The position numbers and the translations under genes were made by a program. Positions 25,479-36,798 of a DNA stretch of 64,000 nt are shown here, one piece after another (position 1 is the stretch's first letter; each line of letters starts with the position of its first letter). The stretch covers positions 25,048,001-25,112,000 of the forward strand of contig NC_043008.1 in NCBI RefSeq assembly GCF_006345805.1, read 5' to 3'. Below the pieces are notes generated by a model, which made no database searches, was not told the origin of the DNA, and saw only the letters and a list, made by a program, of their open reading frames with translations. This stretch comes from Octopus sinensis (taxonomy: Eukaryota).

Positions 25479-25779
25479 CTAACTAAAAAGTCAAAGTCAA
25501 CGTACTCTATAATCTTAGAAATAAACATTTCTTGACGTTACAGTTTATGAAAACCCACATCATTTTGTGTTAATTAACGAAGGCTATGGTTACAAAAGAA
25601 ATGAATTTCTCATACAGTCATGCAACAGAATAGAATATTGCTTAATTGATCAGACAACTTTGAATGTCATTAGTTAAATATTACTGGTGCTATTTAGATG
25701 TTATTCAGTAATAATCAGGGTACTGCAACGTGCAGCATTTACTGAAGTTTTGTGATTTTTGGTATTCACTTACCTGAGT

Positions 25780-26060
25780 ACCTGGAACTGTCGGTTACGA
25801 CAATAAGGATTCCAGTTGATCCGAACAGCCCACTCGTGAAATTATCTTGCATGTAGCTCAACACTCCACAAACACGTATACCTTAATGTAGTTCTCAGAG
25901 ATTCAGTATGAACCAGAATGTGGTAAGACTGGCCCTTTTAAATGGAAGTTCTACTCCTGTTTGCCAGCTGATTGGACTGGAGCAAGTATCTTGATCAAGA
26001 GAAATCTAACTAATGACTTTACGATCGTGAGCCGGACATCCTAACCACTAAGCCAATGAA
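25780..26060 (-). mobile_element. SINE family D (tRNA-derived)
   Basis: Reverse-complement head ttggcttagtggttaggatgtccggctcacgatcgtaa (A-box-like) at ~26020-26058; body gccagctgattggactggagcaa. Confidence 0.7.
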
Positions 26061-27202
26061 TTTATTGTGATGTGGGTGTGATCAATTACACAGTGAAATA
26101 AGAGAGAAATACGTCAAAGTAAAAGGAATGTTAAGCCAATAGACTGTCGAATGAAGTATAGAGATAGGGAAATAAGCTATTGAGTAGGTGAAGTATTTAA
26201 AAGCACAGTATTAATCAGTGCTTTGAAAACTGATAAACATTATTTTATTCAGTCTTTGATAAGGAAATCTGAAACTTTCTTCATGTAAAAAGGAAACTTA
26301 TTGATTTGTTCCATGAAATGTTTAAAGCAATGGGTATTTTTCTGGAAGTGTTTTTCTCAGAATTTCATTAACTTTCTTTCAAAACCGAGCAGCTTCTGTG
26401 AATAGTTGATATTTCTAATTATTCTTCTGTATCCGGTGTGTATGCATAATTTTTAGTTTACAATTGATTTCAATGCCTTGGAGCTTACTATTTCTAAACA
26501 AAAGAATTGTTTTAACCTCTCCATTACCTATTCTTTATATTGTGCAGAGAATTGATTAAAAATGCGTAAAAAATACACGCAAACATTTAACAATTGTCTA
26601 CCAGTCTTCCAAAATATTATGAAAAGAAAAATTGTAATATCTGAGGGTAATTTTAACAGAGTCATCTTCAGGAATTTTTTGCTGGTTCTTTCTTGACTGA
26701 ATAACATAAAAATATCCTTTTAAAACATCATATGTACACATTTTTTTTTTTAGTTTGGTTGCTTTTGATTATTTCAACATTTTGATCGATATTTTTACAC
26801 ATAAAAGCAGTGAAACATTCTGGTATAAAACTATTTATTTGCAAAGCTACTACTGTTATTTACTAAAAGATTTCTTGAGATGTCGCTTGATATTAGGGCA
26901 TTTCATGACAGGACTATTTCAGCATCGGACAAAACTCTTTGTCGGAATTGTTCCATATTTTGATGTTCTGAATTCGAACTCCACTAAAATCAATTTTTTC
27001 TTTTATCATTCCGGGGTTCTTAAAAGAAAAGCTACCAGAAACAATCTAATACTTGGTGGGAAGATCTATTCAATCAACATTAAACCGTTGGTGGTGTTTT
27101 CAAGGCAGTCCGACATTATTCTAACTTTGTTGTGGCAATGCTGCCAAGCTATAACGGTCCGAATACTTTTTATCGGACGATAGTGTCGTGTAGAATAGGT
27201 AC

Positions 27203-27290
27203 CTTCTACATAAGCAACGGCTGGTCTTTCATACGGCCTTTGCTCGGCTTGCGCTTTAGAGAAAACTTTCCAGTGTCGCCTTTCCACACT
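27203..27290 (-). CDS. Candidate exon of an unknown transcript
   Basis: Acceptor ttcttgttttggtag and donor aag|gtacct. Only one frame is open: SVERRHWKVFSKAQAEQRPYERPAVAYVE. Confidence 0.3.
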
Positions 27291-27843
27291 CTACCAAAAC
27301 AAGAATAAATAAATAAATATACATTTCAGGTGCAACTTGACGGTCTAAGATTACCAGCTGCGGCACAAATTCTCCCTGTGTCTATAAAATGAACCCAGTT
27401 GTTTCTCATTGAATGAATCTTAAAATGAATCTTTAAAAAAATATCCGCTCTGTTAAAAATTGACCTAAATATAAATTATCCTAAAATTCATCCAATCTTC
27501 CTACCAGTTAAAGTAGACCTGCAAAGTGCCGTGGTGACTGATAATTCCTTCTATTAGTATGCCAATACAAAGATTAACATTGTAGATATAATCGAAAAAT
27601 ATGAATCCAATAATATTGAAAAACGCAGCTATAAAACATGAAATATAGGACTGGTGCATATTCTTAGAATATCGATGTTTGAAATTTTGCTATTGGGATT
27701 AATCATATCGACGGGGTCCTACGAATTTCTATTTTTACCTAAACTAACCTAAACTACCTATTTTCACTGATCTATTTTCTATGTCCATTTTCAGAGACTT
27801 TTCTCTCTCTCCATATATATATATATAAAATTATAATTTAGGC

Positions 27844-27970
27844 TATCTAAGAAATGCTACCACGCTGGAATAGAAGCCACAACTTGACTCTAAAACCACA
27901 TTAAATATTTAATGTGGTTTTAGAGTCAAGTTTTGGCTGCTATTTCCAGGGTGGTCGTATCTCTTAGATA
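27844..27970. mobile_element. 127-bp palindromic MITE-like element
   Basis: A central 52 bp is a perfect palindrome (aacttgactctaaaaccacattaaat|atttaatgtggttttagagtcaagtt). Outer arms are imperfect and TA lies at both ends. Confidence 0.8.
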
Positions 27971-27995
27971 CCCTAAATTATAATTTTAATAATAA

Positions 27996-28634
27996 CTTGC
28001 AGTATCTCCCGGCGTTGCTCGGGTTTGTTTCGACCCTTTATAATTGGAATTTTTGAAGAGTAAAAATTTTGCGTTATGTAGCTTGTTATTCTCTTTAAGT
28101 GAACATTTTTCTGGTTGAAATACACAGAAAAATGTCGAGACACAGCAGTCAAAAAATGGTAAAAAATAGGGATTTTCATAGAAAAAGAGCACCTTTTAAT
28201 GTAAATAATTTTTGGTGTTAACATGGTTTGATTTGAATTTTTCTTCTACGGAAAGAAGAGCAAGACTTCTTTTATCATACTCTCAATTTTGGTCAATTTG
28301 CGCCGCAGCGTCTCAGAGGAGATAGTGCTAGTTGAAGTCTACCAAACCTGCTATACACAGACAACTTCAGCTTTATATATATATTTCTTTACTACCCACA
28401 AGGGGCTAAACATAGAGAGGACAAACAAGGACGGACAAAGGGATTAAGTTGATTACATTGACTCCAGTGCGTAACTGGTACTTAATTTATCAACCCCGAA
28501 AGGATGATAGGTAAAGTCGACCTCGACGGAATTTGAACTCAGAACGTAACGGCAGACGAAATACGGCTACGCATTTCGCCCGGCGTGCTAACGTTTCTGC
28601 CAGCTCGCCGTCTTCAGCTTTATATATAGAGAGA
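27996..28634 (-). mobile_element. Non-autonomous Helitron-like element interrupted by a SINE
   Basis: Minus strand: A|TCtctatatataaagctgaag at the 5' end; 3' hairpin cccgagcaacgccggg followed by atactgCAAG|T (CTAG variant). Confidence 0.7.
28382..28611 (-). mobile_element. SINE family B, full length with 17-bp TSD
   Basis: TSD cttcagctttatatata at 28365-28381 and 28612-28628. Head cggcgagctggcagaaacgttagcacgccggg; B-box gagttcaaattcc. Confidence 0.92.
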
Positions 28635-28707
28635 TTATTACCTTTGAAGGTTTTTATTCTCGTGCTGGCCAACTGATAAGATCGGTATTAAATAACTATC
28701 TTATCCT

Positions 28708-28740
<33 letters not shown>

Positions 28741-28974
28741 TATATATATTATATATATATATATATATATATCATATCTATAAAAGGCTTGATGTGCGTG
28801 CGTGTGTGTGTGTGTGTGTACGTGATTGTAATTTATGTACATCCACAAATTAGCAATCACGCCGCTCAAATTTTAGGAGTACATTCATCAACATCCTATC
28901 TAGGTTTTGTCAACTTATTTTCTCCCGGGACACCCGCGGTTCTATTTTGAACCATAGCTTTTAGTCATAAAAAT

Positions 28975-29239
28975 ATCGGCCATTGCTTTTAGACAGCGTC
29001 TAACAAAAAAAATATTAAGAAAAGTGGGAGAAGGAGGCAAAGAGTTTCACGGGAAAGACAAAGTGAGAGAGGGAGAGTAAGTGATGGCGTTCATGAAAAT
29101 CTATTTTTAGCCATTGTTTATGGACGGCGTCTAACAAAAAAAAAATAAGATAAAGAAAAGTGGAAGAAGGCGGTAGAGAGTTTCACGGGAAAGACAAAGT
29201 GAGAGAGGGAGAGAGAAAGAGAGTCAGTGATGACGTTCA
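28975..29239. repeat. Tandem duplication of a ~130-bp unit
   Basis: gcgtctaacaaaaaaa..gaaaagtgg..tttcacgggaaagacaaagtgagagagggagag..gtgatg.cgttcat occurs twice. Confidence 0.85.
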
Positions 29240-30386
29240 TCTATATATATAAAACTGAGAATGTGTGTCTGTCTGTGTGTTTCCCTAAAACTTGAGAACT
29301 ACACAACCAATTTCATTCAACTTTTACACAAGCCTTACTTAGGGTCCGGGGAGTGAACTTTTTGCCTAGGGAGAGCCCACATCAATATCATATCTTCTCC
29401 ACTACGATTCCCTAAAACTTGAGAACTACACAACCAATTTCATTCAAATTTTCACATGCCTTACTTCGGGTCCATGTAGTTTCATAGGCAAAAAAATGTT
29501 TAACTTCTTGCCTAGAGCGAGCCCATAGCAATATCATATCTTCTCCACTATTTCAGTATTACGTGTTAAAAGTGAAACAAAGCATTTCTCTATTTATGTC
29601 AGATACTTTCACTTTAACAATAAAAATAATAATAGCAATTGGATTATATGTAGTAAGAAATAATTAAAATCAAACTAAAGTATAATATAATCGTAACATA
29701 ACAAAAGTAAAAATAGCACTTGGTATAAAATTGCATCAATGACTTGAACTTGAATAAGAGGTTTCACATGAATTGGAATAAATTAAAAATAAAATTAGTG
29801 TGCAGAAATGGAATAGTCCAGATGGATAATAAAAAATTAAATTAAAGAAAAAACTATTGTCTATAAAGTATAAAATGTAGAGAAGAAAGATTTGAACACC
29901 TGGATGAAAGCACCTTCGAAAAGTTTCTTGGTATGACTATGAAAGATATCTAACCAGAGGCGGTAAATTCGCCACAATAGAAGCAAGGTTCGAGTCAACG
30001 GAGCGTGCAAGGGAGTACTCGACTCGAACTTGCAAAGTGGAAATATCTTATTTTTACCTTTATATCTGGGACGTAGGACGTCCCGGATAAAAATTTTAAA
30101 TGCCCCCCCCCCCCCGAAGTAGAGGTAGGCTGGATTGTAGCCACAGTTCTATACAAAAGGGAGGACAAGATACAATTGATCGAAATTACAAGAGACGGGC
30201 TAACAATTCCAGTCTGTTATATATTTTGAGTATTGTTATCACTAGCGATATCAAGATATAACTTTGTATTTTGTATTTTATGTGTAGATGTATATATATA
30301 GATGTACATGTAATATGTACACATATATATGCACATATATACATGCACTACCACTATGACCCGGCAACGACAGGTCATAATGCTAG
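29240..30386 (+). mobile_element. Non-autonomous Helitron-like element
   Basis: A|TCtatatatataaaactgag at 29240. 3' hairpin atgacccggcaacgacaggtcat then aatgCTAG|T at 30383-30387. Internal duplication of tccctaaaacttgagaactacacaaccaatttcattcaa. Pairing of the two ends is inferred. Confidence 0.7.
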
Positions 30387-30484
30387 TAAAAAATAAAATC
30401 TAAACTGTTTTGTTTTTTGTTTTTGAAAGACACTATATTTTATAATCATAGTATATATACTTTCTCACACAACAATTACGATAT

Positions 30485-31032
30485 ACTGCGTTCCTTTTTG
30501 TTTGTTTGTGCACATATGTGTGGGTCAGTGTGAGTGTGTGTGCCTATACATGCACGCATGTACGTATGTATGCGTGTGTGTGTTTGCATGTGTTCTTATT
30601 TTAGATATGTAAATAAACAGATCAATATACAGACGGATAGGTATATAGACTATATGAACGGACACATATGGAGACACAGACCCACACATATAAATATGCA
30701 CATCCATACATACAAACATGGTACATAGTTACACAACACACACAGATATGCACACACAAGGAGACAGAGGTGCATATATATATACAAACATATGCTCACA
30801 CACATATACATAGAAAATATACAAACACGGACAGGCAAGCACATAAATATGCAGGATACGTACATACAGATGCCCACACATACATACATATATACATATG
30901 CATACACACACATATATACATACAAATACATGCAAACACGCACACACATACATACGTACATGCATGCATGTATAGGCACACACATACACTGACCCACACA
31001 CATGCGCACAATCAAACAAAAGGGAACGCAGT
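30485..31032. repeat. ~110-bp inverted repeat arms around a ~330-bp CA-rich spacer
   Basis: actgcgttcctttttgtttgtttgtgcacatatgtgtgggtcagtgt.. versus ..acactgacccacacacatgcgcacaatcaaacaaaagggaacgcagt. Confidence 0.8.
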
Positions 31033-31692
31033 GTAAATAACGGACAGAGTCAAAACTATTGAAAAGGTTGAGAGACACAACGAAAATTTTAGGAAAATAA
31101 AAATAAGAAATAAGTGGAAATTTTACCGGTTTGTGTGTTATATTATAAGGTACAAAAAGAAAATGACTCTCCCCAGACACAACAGAATATGCTTCAACAC
31201 ACGAAATCATATAAAGAATCTTGCAAACCAAATCCAAAATCAAATTACAATATATTTATTTTAAATCGCTCATCTTTCTCCCCCCCTCTCTCTCTCTCTC
31301 ACTCATATTACTTTGGGGGCAAAAGAGTTTTGTTCTTATTTTACGCCGAGTAAGAAAGTGTTTTGCTGACAATCCATTTATTTAACAACAAAGAAACAAA
31401 GAGTAACAATTTGTCAGTGAATTACACAATATAAATGGGTACAATTTGCGAGTCTTCCACTACACCCCACTCCGTTTCACGGACCACAAAAAGGGTTTTG
31501 AGGCCAGAGTAGTTGATTCCACGCAAAAAAAACAATTTTGTTTTTCTTAGTGAAAATCGTGCGAGTGTTAATCTACAAATTTAACATTCATTTCTGTTTA
31601 TGAACATGTATGCGTGCACAAAACATGCAATAGGTGTACGTACGTACGTGTGTGTATGAGTATTCGTGTCTGTTGCCCATATATATTTATAT

Positions 31693-31729
<37 letters not shown>

Positions 31730-31759
31730 ATATATATGATATATATAATATATATATAA

Positions 31760-31899
31760 TATACATATATAATATAACTAATTTCAACGGATTTAACCCA
31801 AATTTGACGTCTATATTACTTAGTTTGGTTTGAAATAAAGAACTTGATTAGCTTAATAATCATAACTTAATCCCGGGCAATGCCGGGTTATACTGCTAG
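31760..31899 (+). mobile_element. Helitron-like 3' terminus
   Basis: cccgggcaatgccggg hairpin then ttatactgCTAG at 31896-31899. The 5' end is lost in (TA)n or lies further upstream. Confidence 0.65.
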
Positions 31900-33026
31900 G
31901 ATATATATATGTATATATTATAGTTTTAAATTTTAAAGGGCTTACAAAGGTTACGTAATCTATTTTACTTCCTTTTCAGGAAGGTCCGCGAGCAAGGTGC
32001 ACTAATTCTGGTACCTTTTGAAAAATGATGCAGTGTAGTTTCTAAAGCGTTTTTTTTTTGTTATTAGTATGGTTGCCAATAAAAGTATAGGGGCTTTTAA
32101 ACGCATGTTTTAAGGTTTTTATCCAGAGTATACTAAATTTGTGCGTGCGTGTGTGTGTATGTGGCGTGTGTGTCTGTGTATGTTTGTATGTGGCGTGTGT
32201 GTGTGTATGTGGCGTGTGTGTGTGTGTGTGTGATTCTTTTGGGGAATTGGACCATAAAAAGTTATAAATAAAACCACGTAAATACAGGATGAAAAAGCCT
32301 TTTGGATAGAAAAAGTCGAAGGCTGCCCGTGGGACTCGAACACACGCCTCCTGCAGACATGACTGACATTTAGTAGGATGAGTACTCAAAAGCCCCCAAA
32401 AGGTCGAAATTAACCTCTCTTTGCATCAAGTCCAAAAGGGTTTGTCACCAATGGAATTGAAAACTGATGAGCAGATAAAAGTCCTAAATTTTAATAAATT
32501 GTAAAATTAGGTAACTTTACCCAAAATTCGGACATTACTAATGGGATGACCTGAAATATAGATAAAGGTAAGACCCAAAAATCCCGGTGTAGGAAGTTAG
32601 TAAGCCTCAAGCAGTCAATAGATTAATAAAAAGCAACTTTCACTCGCAATAATGATTTATTAACGTTGAAGATTGTAAATTTTTCCCATATCGAAGTTCG
32701 ATAAGCCGAAAACAGTGTTATTTTATAGTTCATGATTAGCTACAAGGGTTGCTGTGTATGTGAATAAAAATCCAAATTTAGGGAAATGTATGTTTGGCCT
32801 GATGACTAGCTAGCGGAGTATCCCTCGTTGAGTAATTACTACTTCCGAGGTTCAACTAGCTAGGAAACATATGTAGTCTAGATTTGACCTACTCCATTCC
32901 ATAAAATTGAATATATATATATATATATATTATTTTGCCTATACGGCTGTAGCTTGCGGCCACAAACATTAATATCTCTCATCAATATTAATGTTCTTTA
33001 TGTGTGTGTGCGTGCGCGCGCGTGTA

Positions 33027-33909
33027 CAGTGTGCGGTGAATAAGTTGTCTAAATTATGCAAAAATGAAAATAAACTCACATCTCATTTTAACATATATAT
33101 TTACCAAAATTACATAAAGATATCTTGAAATATCCATGAGCAAATTTATTCAATAAAATAACCATTGGCTTTAACCACGGCCTCCAGACGACTTCGGAAT
33201 CTTCTGCAACTTTTCTGGACGGTCTCCTTGTTTGAGTTAGTGATTGCCACCATAATCTTTCAATGCCGCTACAATCGATGTTAGAAAGTGCTTTGTTAGT
33301 CTCTCGCTCAACTGCGCTCCACACATAAGAATGAAGAGGGTTGCAATCTGGGGTGTTTGGTAGCCAAATGCTAGAGGTGATGTGGTCGCAGAAAGTATCT
33401 GACAGCTATGACTGGGCTCTCCTGCTTGTGTGGCATGGTGCAGAGTCCTGTTGCTAGACATAGGGTTTTCCAGCAGCCACCCTCTTAACCCAGAGCAGCA
33501 CTACCTCCTCCAGGCACTTGATGCACGGCTCTGTATTGAGCCTGAGGCTATTCCGGAAGCTCAATAGAACTATAACGTCGCCATCACTAGTGATCACTAC
33601 AAACACCATGACGTTGACTGGACGTTTGATTTTTATCCCTCTCGGTACAAGTTCTCACATCGCACTGTCCTCAAATTCACACCCAAACACTCTGAAATGT
33701 ACGTATTGTAGCTTCCAGCGCGAATGCAAAGCAGTGCAGCAAATCGTTTCCAAATTTCTGGTAGAGTGAATTGCATCATCGTGCTATTTTTCTCACAGAT
33801 GGTGTCCAACTGATCCTAGTATACAGTGTAGTCAACAAAATTAAAAACAACAATGTACATGCACGGAATTAAAAATATAAAATGGTGACAATTTACCCAT
33901 CGCACATTG
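33027..33909 (-). mobile_element. Internally deleted maT/mori (DD37D) transposon
   Basis: Minus strand reads VMVFVVITSDG..QQDSAPCHTSRR..IWLPNTPDCNPL(H)SYVW, with 37 residues between the second D and the third acidic position (now H). Imperfect TIRs cagtgtgcggtgaataagttgtc / gacaatttacccatcgcacattg. Confidence 0.85.
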
Positions 33910-33938
33910 TGTGTGTATATATATATATATATATATAG

Positions 33939-34014
<76 letters not shown>

Positions 34015-34015
<1 letters not shown>

Positions 34016-35420
34016 TGTTTCTTTATTAGCCACAGAGGGCTGCACACAGATAGAACAAATTACAAGGTAGAGCTTTTCTTTTGAAGGTTTAAAAAAAAAA
34101 AAGAAAGAAAAAAGGAAGGGGGAGATTCGATCAAAAGGGATCGTAAAAGGAGAGAAAGAGGACAAAAATAAGGGGGGTTAAAAAAAAAGGGGGAGAGAAA
34201 AAAAAAATTTGATCAATAGGGATCGTTATCACAGAAATGTCAATATGAAGTGTAAAGGGGAGGACAGGTGAGGTTTACCCGTGGAAAGAAAAGCCTACGG
34301 AAAAGACCACGGTAACCTCGGTCAATGGAGTCACATGTTATATTTCTTTTTTTTTTTTTTTTGCAAATAAGCAACTCTCTGTTTTCAATTTCTGGGTTCA
34401 TAGGTGGCTTCGTCATTCATACGTGCCATTCTTGCTACATTCACCCATCTTTTTTTAAAACATTCGCTAGACAAAACTTGCCTCTCTACTCTCACTTTCC
34501 TTTTCAAGTGGTACTTGAAGAAGTTGATGAGAGATTGACCAGAGAGGAAAGTGTTTGTCTCCAATCCTTTCAGACGCGTCCACCAGATACATTCTTTCGC
34601 CATAGCCACAAGGATGATGAAAATAGCTCTTCCTTGCCGTTTGAAGGAGGGAGGCGTGACAATATTAACGATAGACTCAGCTGATAAACCGACTCGTCCC
34701 ACACGTGACAGCAGTTGTTCGACACAAGCCCACAGGTCGGAAATTTTTGGACACTGCACGAGTGCGTGCAGAACGGTTTCGTCGCTCTGACCGCATCTCG
34801 GGCAGGTCGGCCCCGTGTTTCTCGAGCCGTGTCTGTAGAGCTTATCCCGAACGGGTAGCGCTTCTCGGTAACACTGCCAGGCCAGGGATCTCTGGAAGTT
34901 GTCCATGGGCCCTGGCCCGAAAGTCGTCCTGAACAGGCGGGTCAGGTACTCCTCGTCGACGTCCAGGTTCGCCCCGAGCTCGTCGTCGTAACTCCCCTCC
35001 ACTAAACCCCTATAGAATGCTTTGGTTGTGTTGAAGCCACTCAAGGTCGACCCAGGACGGCAGAGTTGCTTGAGAGCAAAGCGACACTCGCGGTGCCATA
35101 CGCCCTTCTTCGGCCTCTTTTTGATCCACGACTGCAGTTCGGTCATGGAGACGAGCTGCGGGAAAGCGTGCCTCACAAACGGCGACCACACCTGTTCACC
35201 GTCGTCTACATAGAGCCAGAGATGTCGCAGTCTCAGCGCGTGTCTGCGCATCATCAACCACGGCATGCCCAGCCCTCCTTTTAACGGGTGTTGACAGCAA
35301 ATGGATCGCCTGACCATCGGGACGCATCCTTTCCACAAGAAGCGAAAGAGAATGCGTTGTAGTTTGGTGATGGTAGGGTCGGGACAAGGTACGACGGTCA
35401 GGCGGTAGTAGATGACGGAC

Positions 35421-35421
<1 letters not shown>
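34015..35421 (-). mobile_element. 5'-truncated Tx1/L1-like LINE inserted in a (GATA)n tract
   Basis: (AGAT)n lies on both sides (~33976-34014 and ~35421-35518). 3'UTR ~370 bp with AATAAA at 34022-34027. ORF2 C-terminus is intact. Confidence 0.9.
34385..35419 (-). CDS. LINE ORF2 C-terminal part (post-RT region + zf-RVT), open for 344 aa
   Basis: SVIYYRLTVVPCPDPTITKLQRILFRFLWKG..CCQHPLKGGLGMP..EALPVRDKLYRHG..CPRCGQSDETVLHALVQCP; no stops or frameshifts. Confidence 0.85.
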   Translation of the reverse strand, partial: SVIYYRLTVVPCPDPTITKLQRILFRFLWKGCVPMVRRSICCQHPLKGGLGMPWLMMRRHALRLRHLWLYVDDGEQVWSPFVRHAFPQLVSMTELQSWIKKRPKKGVWHRECRFALKQLCRPGSTLSGFNTTKAFYRGLVEGSYDDELGANLDVDEEYLTRLFRTTFGPGPMDNFQRSLAWQCYREALPVRDKLYRHGSRNTGPTCPRCGQSDETVLHALVQCPKISDLWACVEQLLSRVGRVGLSAESIVNIVTPPSFKRQGRAIFIILVAMAKECIWWTRLKGLETNTFLSGQSLINFFKYHLKRKVRVERQVLSSECFKKRWVNVARMARMNDEATYEPRN

Positions 35422-35519
<98 letters not shown>

Positions 35520-35532
35520 GGTTACATAGATA

Positions 35533-35940
35533 CGTAAGTGCAAAACAATAGCGAAAAAATAGTACTCGAATACCAAGGGTAGAATAATATGCTTTATTAT
35601 AAAAGCTTTAAAATATTAAGAGAATTTTTACTCACTTTCATGCTCCCGTTCGTCGGATTATTTATGAGTATTCATCATAACTGTCCGACGAAAGGGAACG
35701 TGAATCTCTGAGTCTTGTGAATATTTTACAGCTTCTATAATAAAGTATACATACAAACTTTCTGATTAAAGCTGCAAAAACGTCACAAGAACTTAAGACT
35801 TGATCACTGTCCGACGAACGAGAACGTGAAACTGAATCAGTTTTTTGTTATGTTTTCGTAGCTTTAATAAAAAGGCACATTTCTCTACCCTTGGTATTCG
35901 AGTGCTATATTTTCCACCTCGTTTTGCATTTATGTGCTTA
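35533..35940. mobile_element. Fold-back non-autonomous element with hammerhead-like motifs, probably Penelope-derived
   Basis: Arms 35533-35604 and ~35860-35940 (ctcgaataccaagggtaga / tctacccttggtattcgag). Three ccgacgaa..gaa motifs: ~35640 (-), 35685 (+), ~35810 (+). Confidence 0.65.
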
Positions 35941-36043
35941 CTCGTGAGTGCGTGTGTGCGTGTGTGTATGTATGTATAAGTTCATAAGATAATCATTTAT
36001 TCCTTTTGTCATTTCATTTTATCTATACGTATGTATATATCAG

Positions 36044-36496
36044 TAGTTATCGCCAAGCTAATATGGCAGTCCAGAAATATAGGACGAATGCTGTCGTTGA
36101 TTAGCTCCAAGAGGCCATCGCATCCAGTTAGCTATATAATACACGAACCTGTGTCCATTATAGCCTTAATATTTCTAAGTCTCTCTAAAGGAGACTATTT
36201 TTTAAAACCAGTGGATGTTTTCCACTGAATTTAGGCACATAATCCTTCGAACAGACGGTTAGTAGAGACGCCTGCTGAGTTCGGCTGCTCTGCATTGATA
36301 TGGGGCAAATATCCTGAAACTAGTCTGCAGGTGCCTGACCAGCAAGGGGAAGCGGCTGATCTCCCCTGTTCGAAGGTTGTAATGGACACAAGTTCGTGTG
36401 TAACATAGCTAGCTAGAGGCGATGGCCTCTTGGAGCTAATCAACGGCAGCATTCGTCCTATATTTCTGGACTGCCATATTAGCTTGGCGATAACTA
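36044..36496. mobile_element. 453-bp element with 117-bp terminal inverted repeats and TA ends
   Basis: Arms 36044-36160 and 36380-36496. The outer 78 bp differ at one position. Nested 11-bp inverted repeat ccttcgaacag/ctgttcgaagg. Confidence 0.88.
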
Positions 36497-36562
36497 TTAA
36501 TATCCAGTACCACTGCCGTAGTCTCCTTTTGAGAGAATTAGAAATATTAATATTTCTATATG

Positions 36563-36643
<81 letters not shown>

Positions 36644-36766
36644 ATCTATATCTATATCTATATATATATAGAGAGAGAGATAGATAGATATATAAACACA
36701 TATATATAGATATAGATTTATACATACATACATATACATACATATATACATACATACATACGTACA

Positions 36767-36798
<32 letters not shown>

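Noticed and set aside
28975-29239. CRISPR-like or prokaryotic repeat arrays here or elsewhere in the window
   Set aside because: The repeats are tandem duplications or microsatellites without unique spacers, there are no cas genes, and the DNA is eukaryotic.
32321-32360. tRNA-Leu-like 3' half on the minus strand (ggaggcgtgtgttcgagtcccacgg)
   Set aside because: Only the variable and T-arm portion is recognisable; no cloverleaf can be built.
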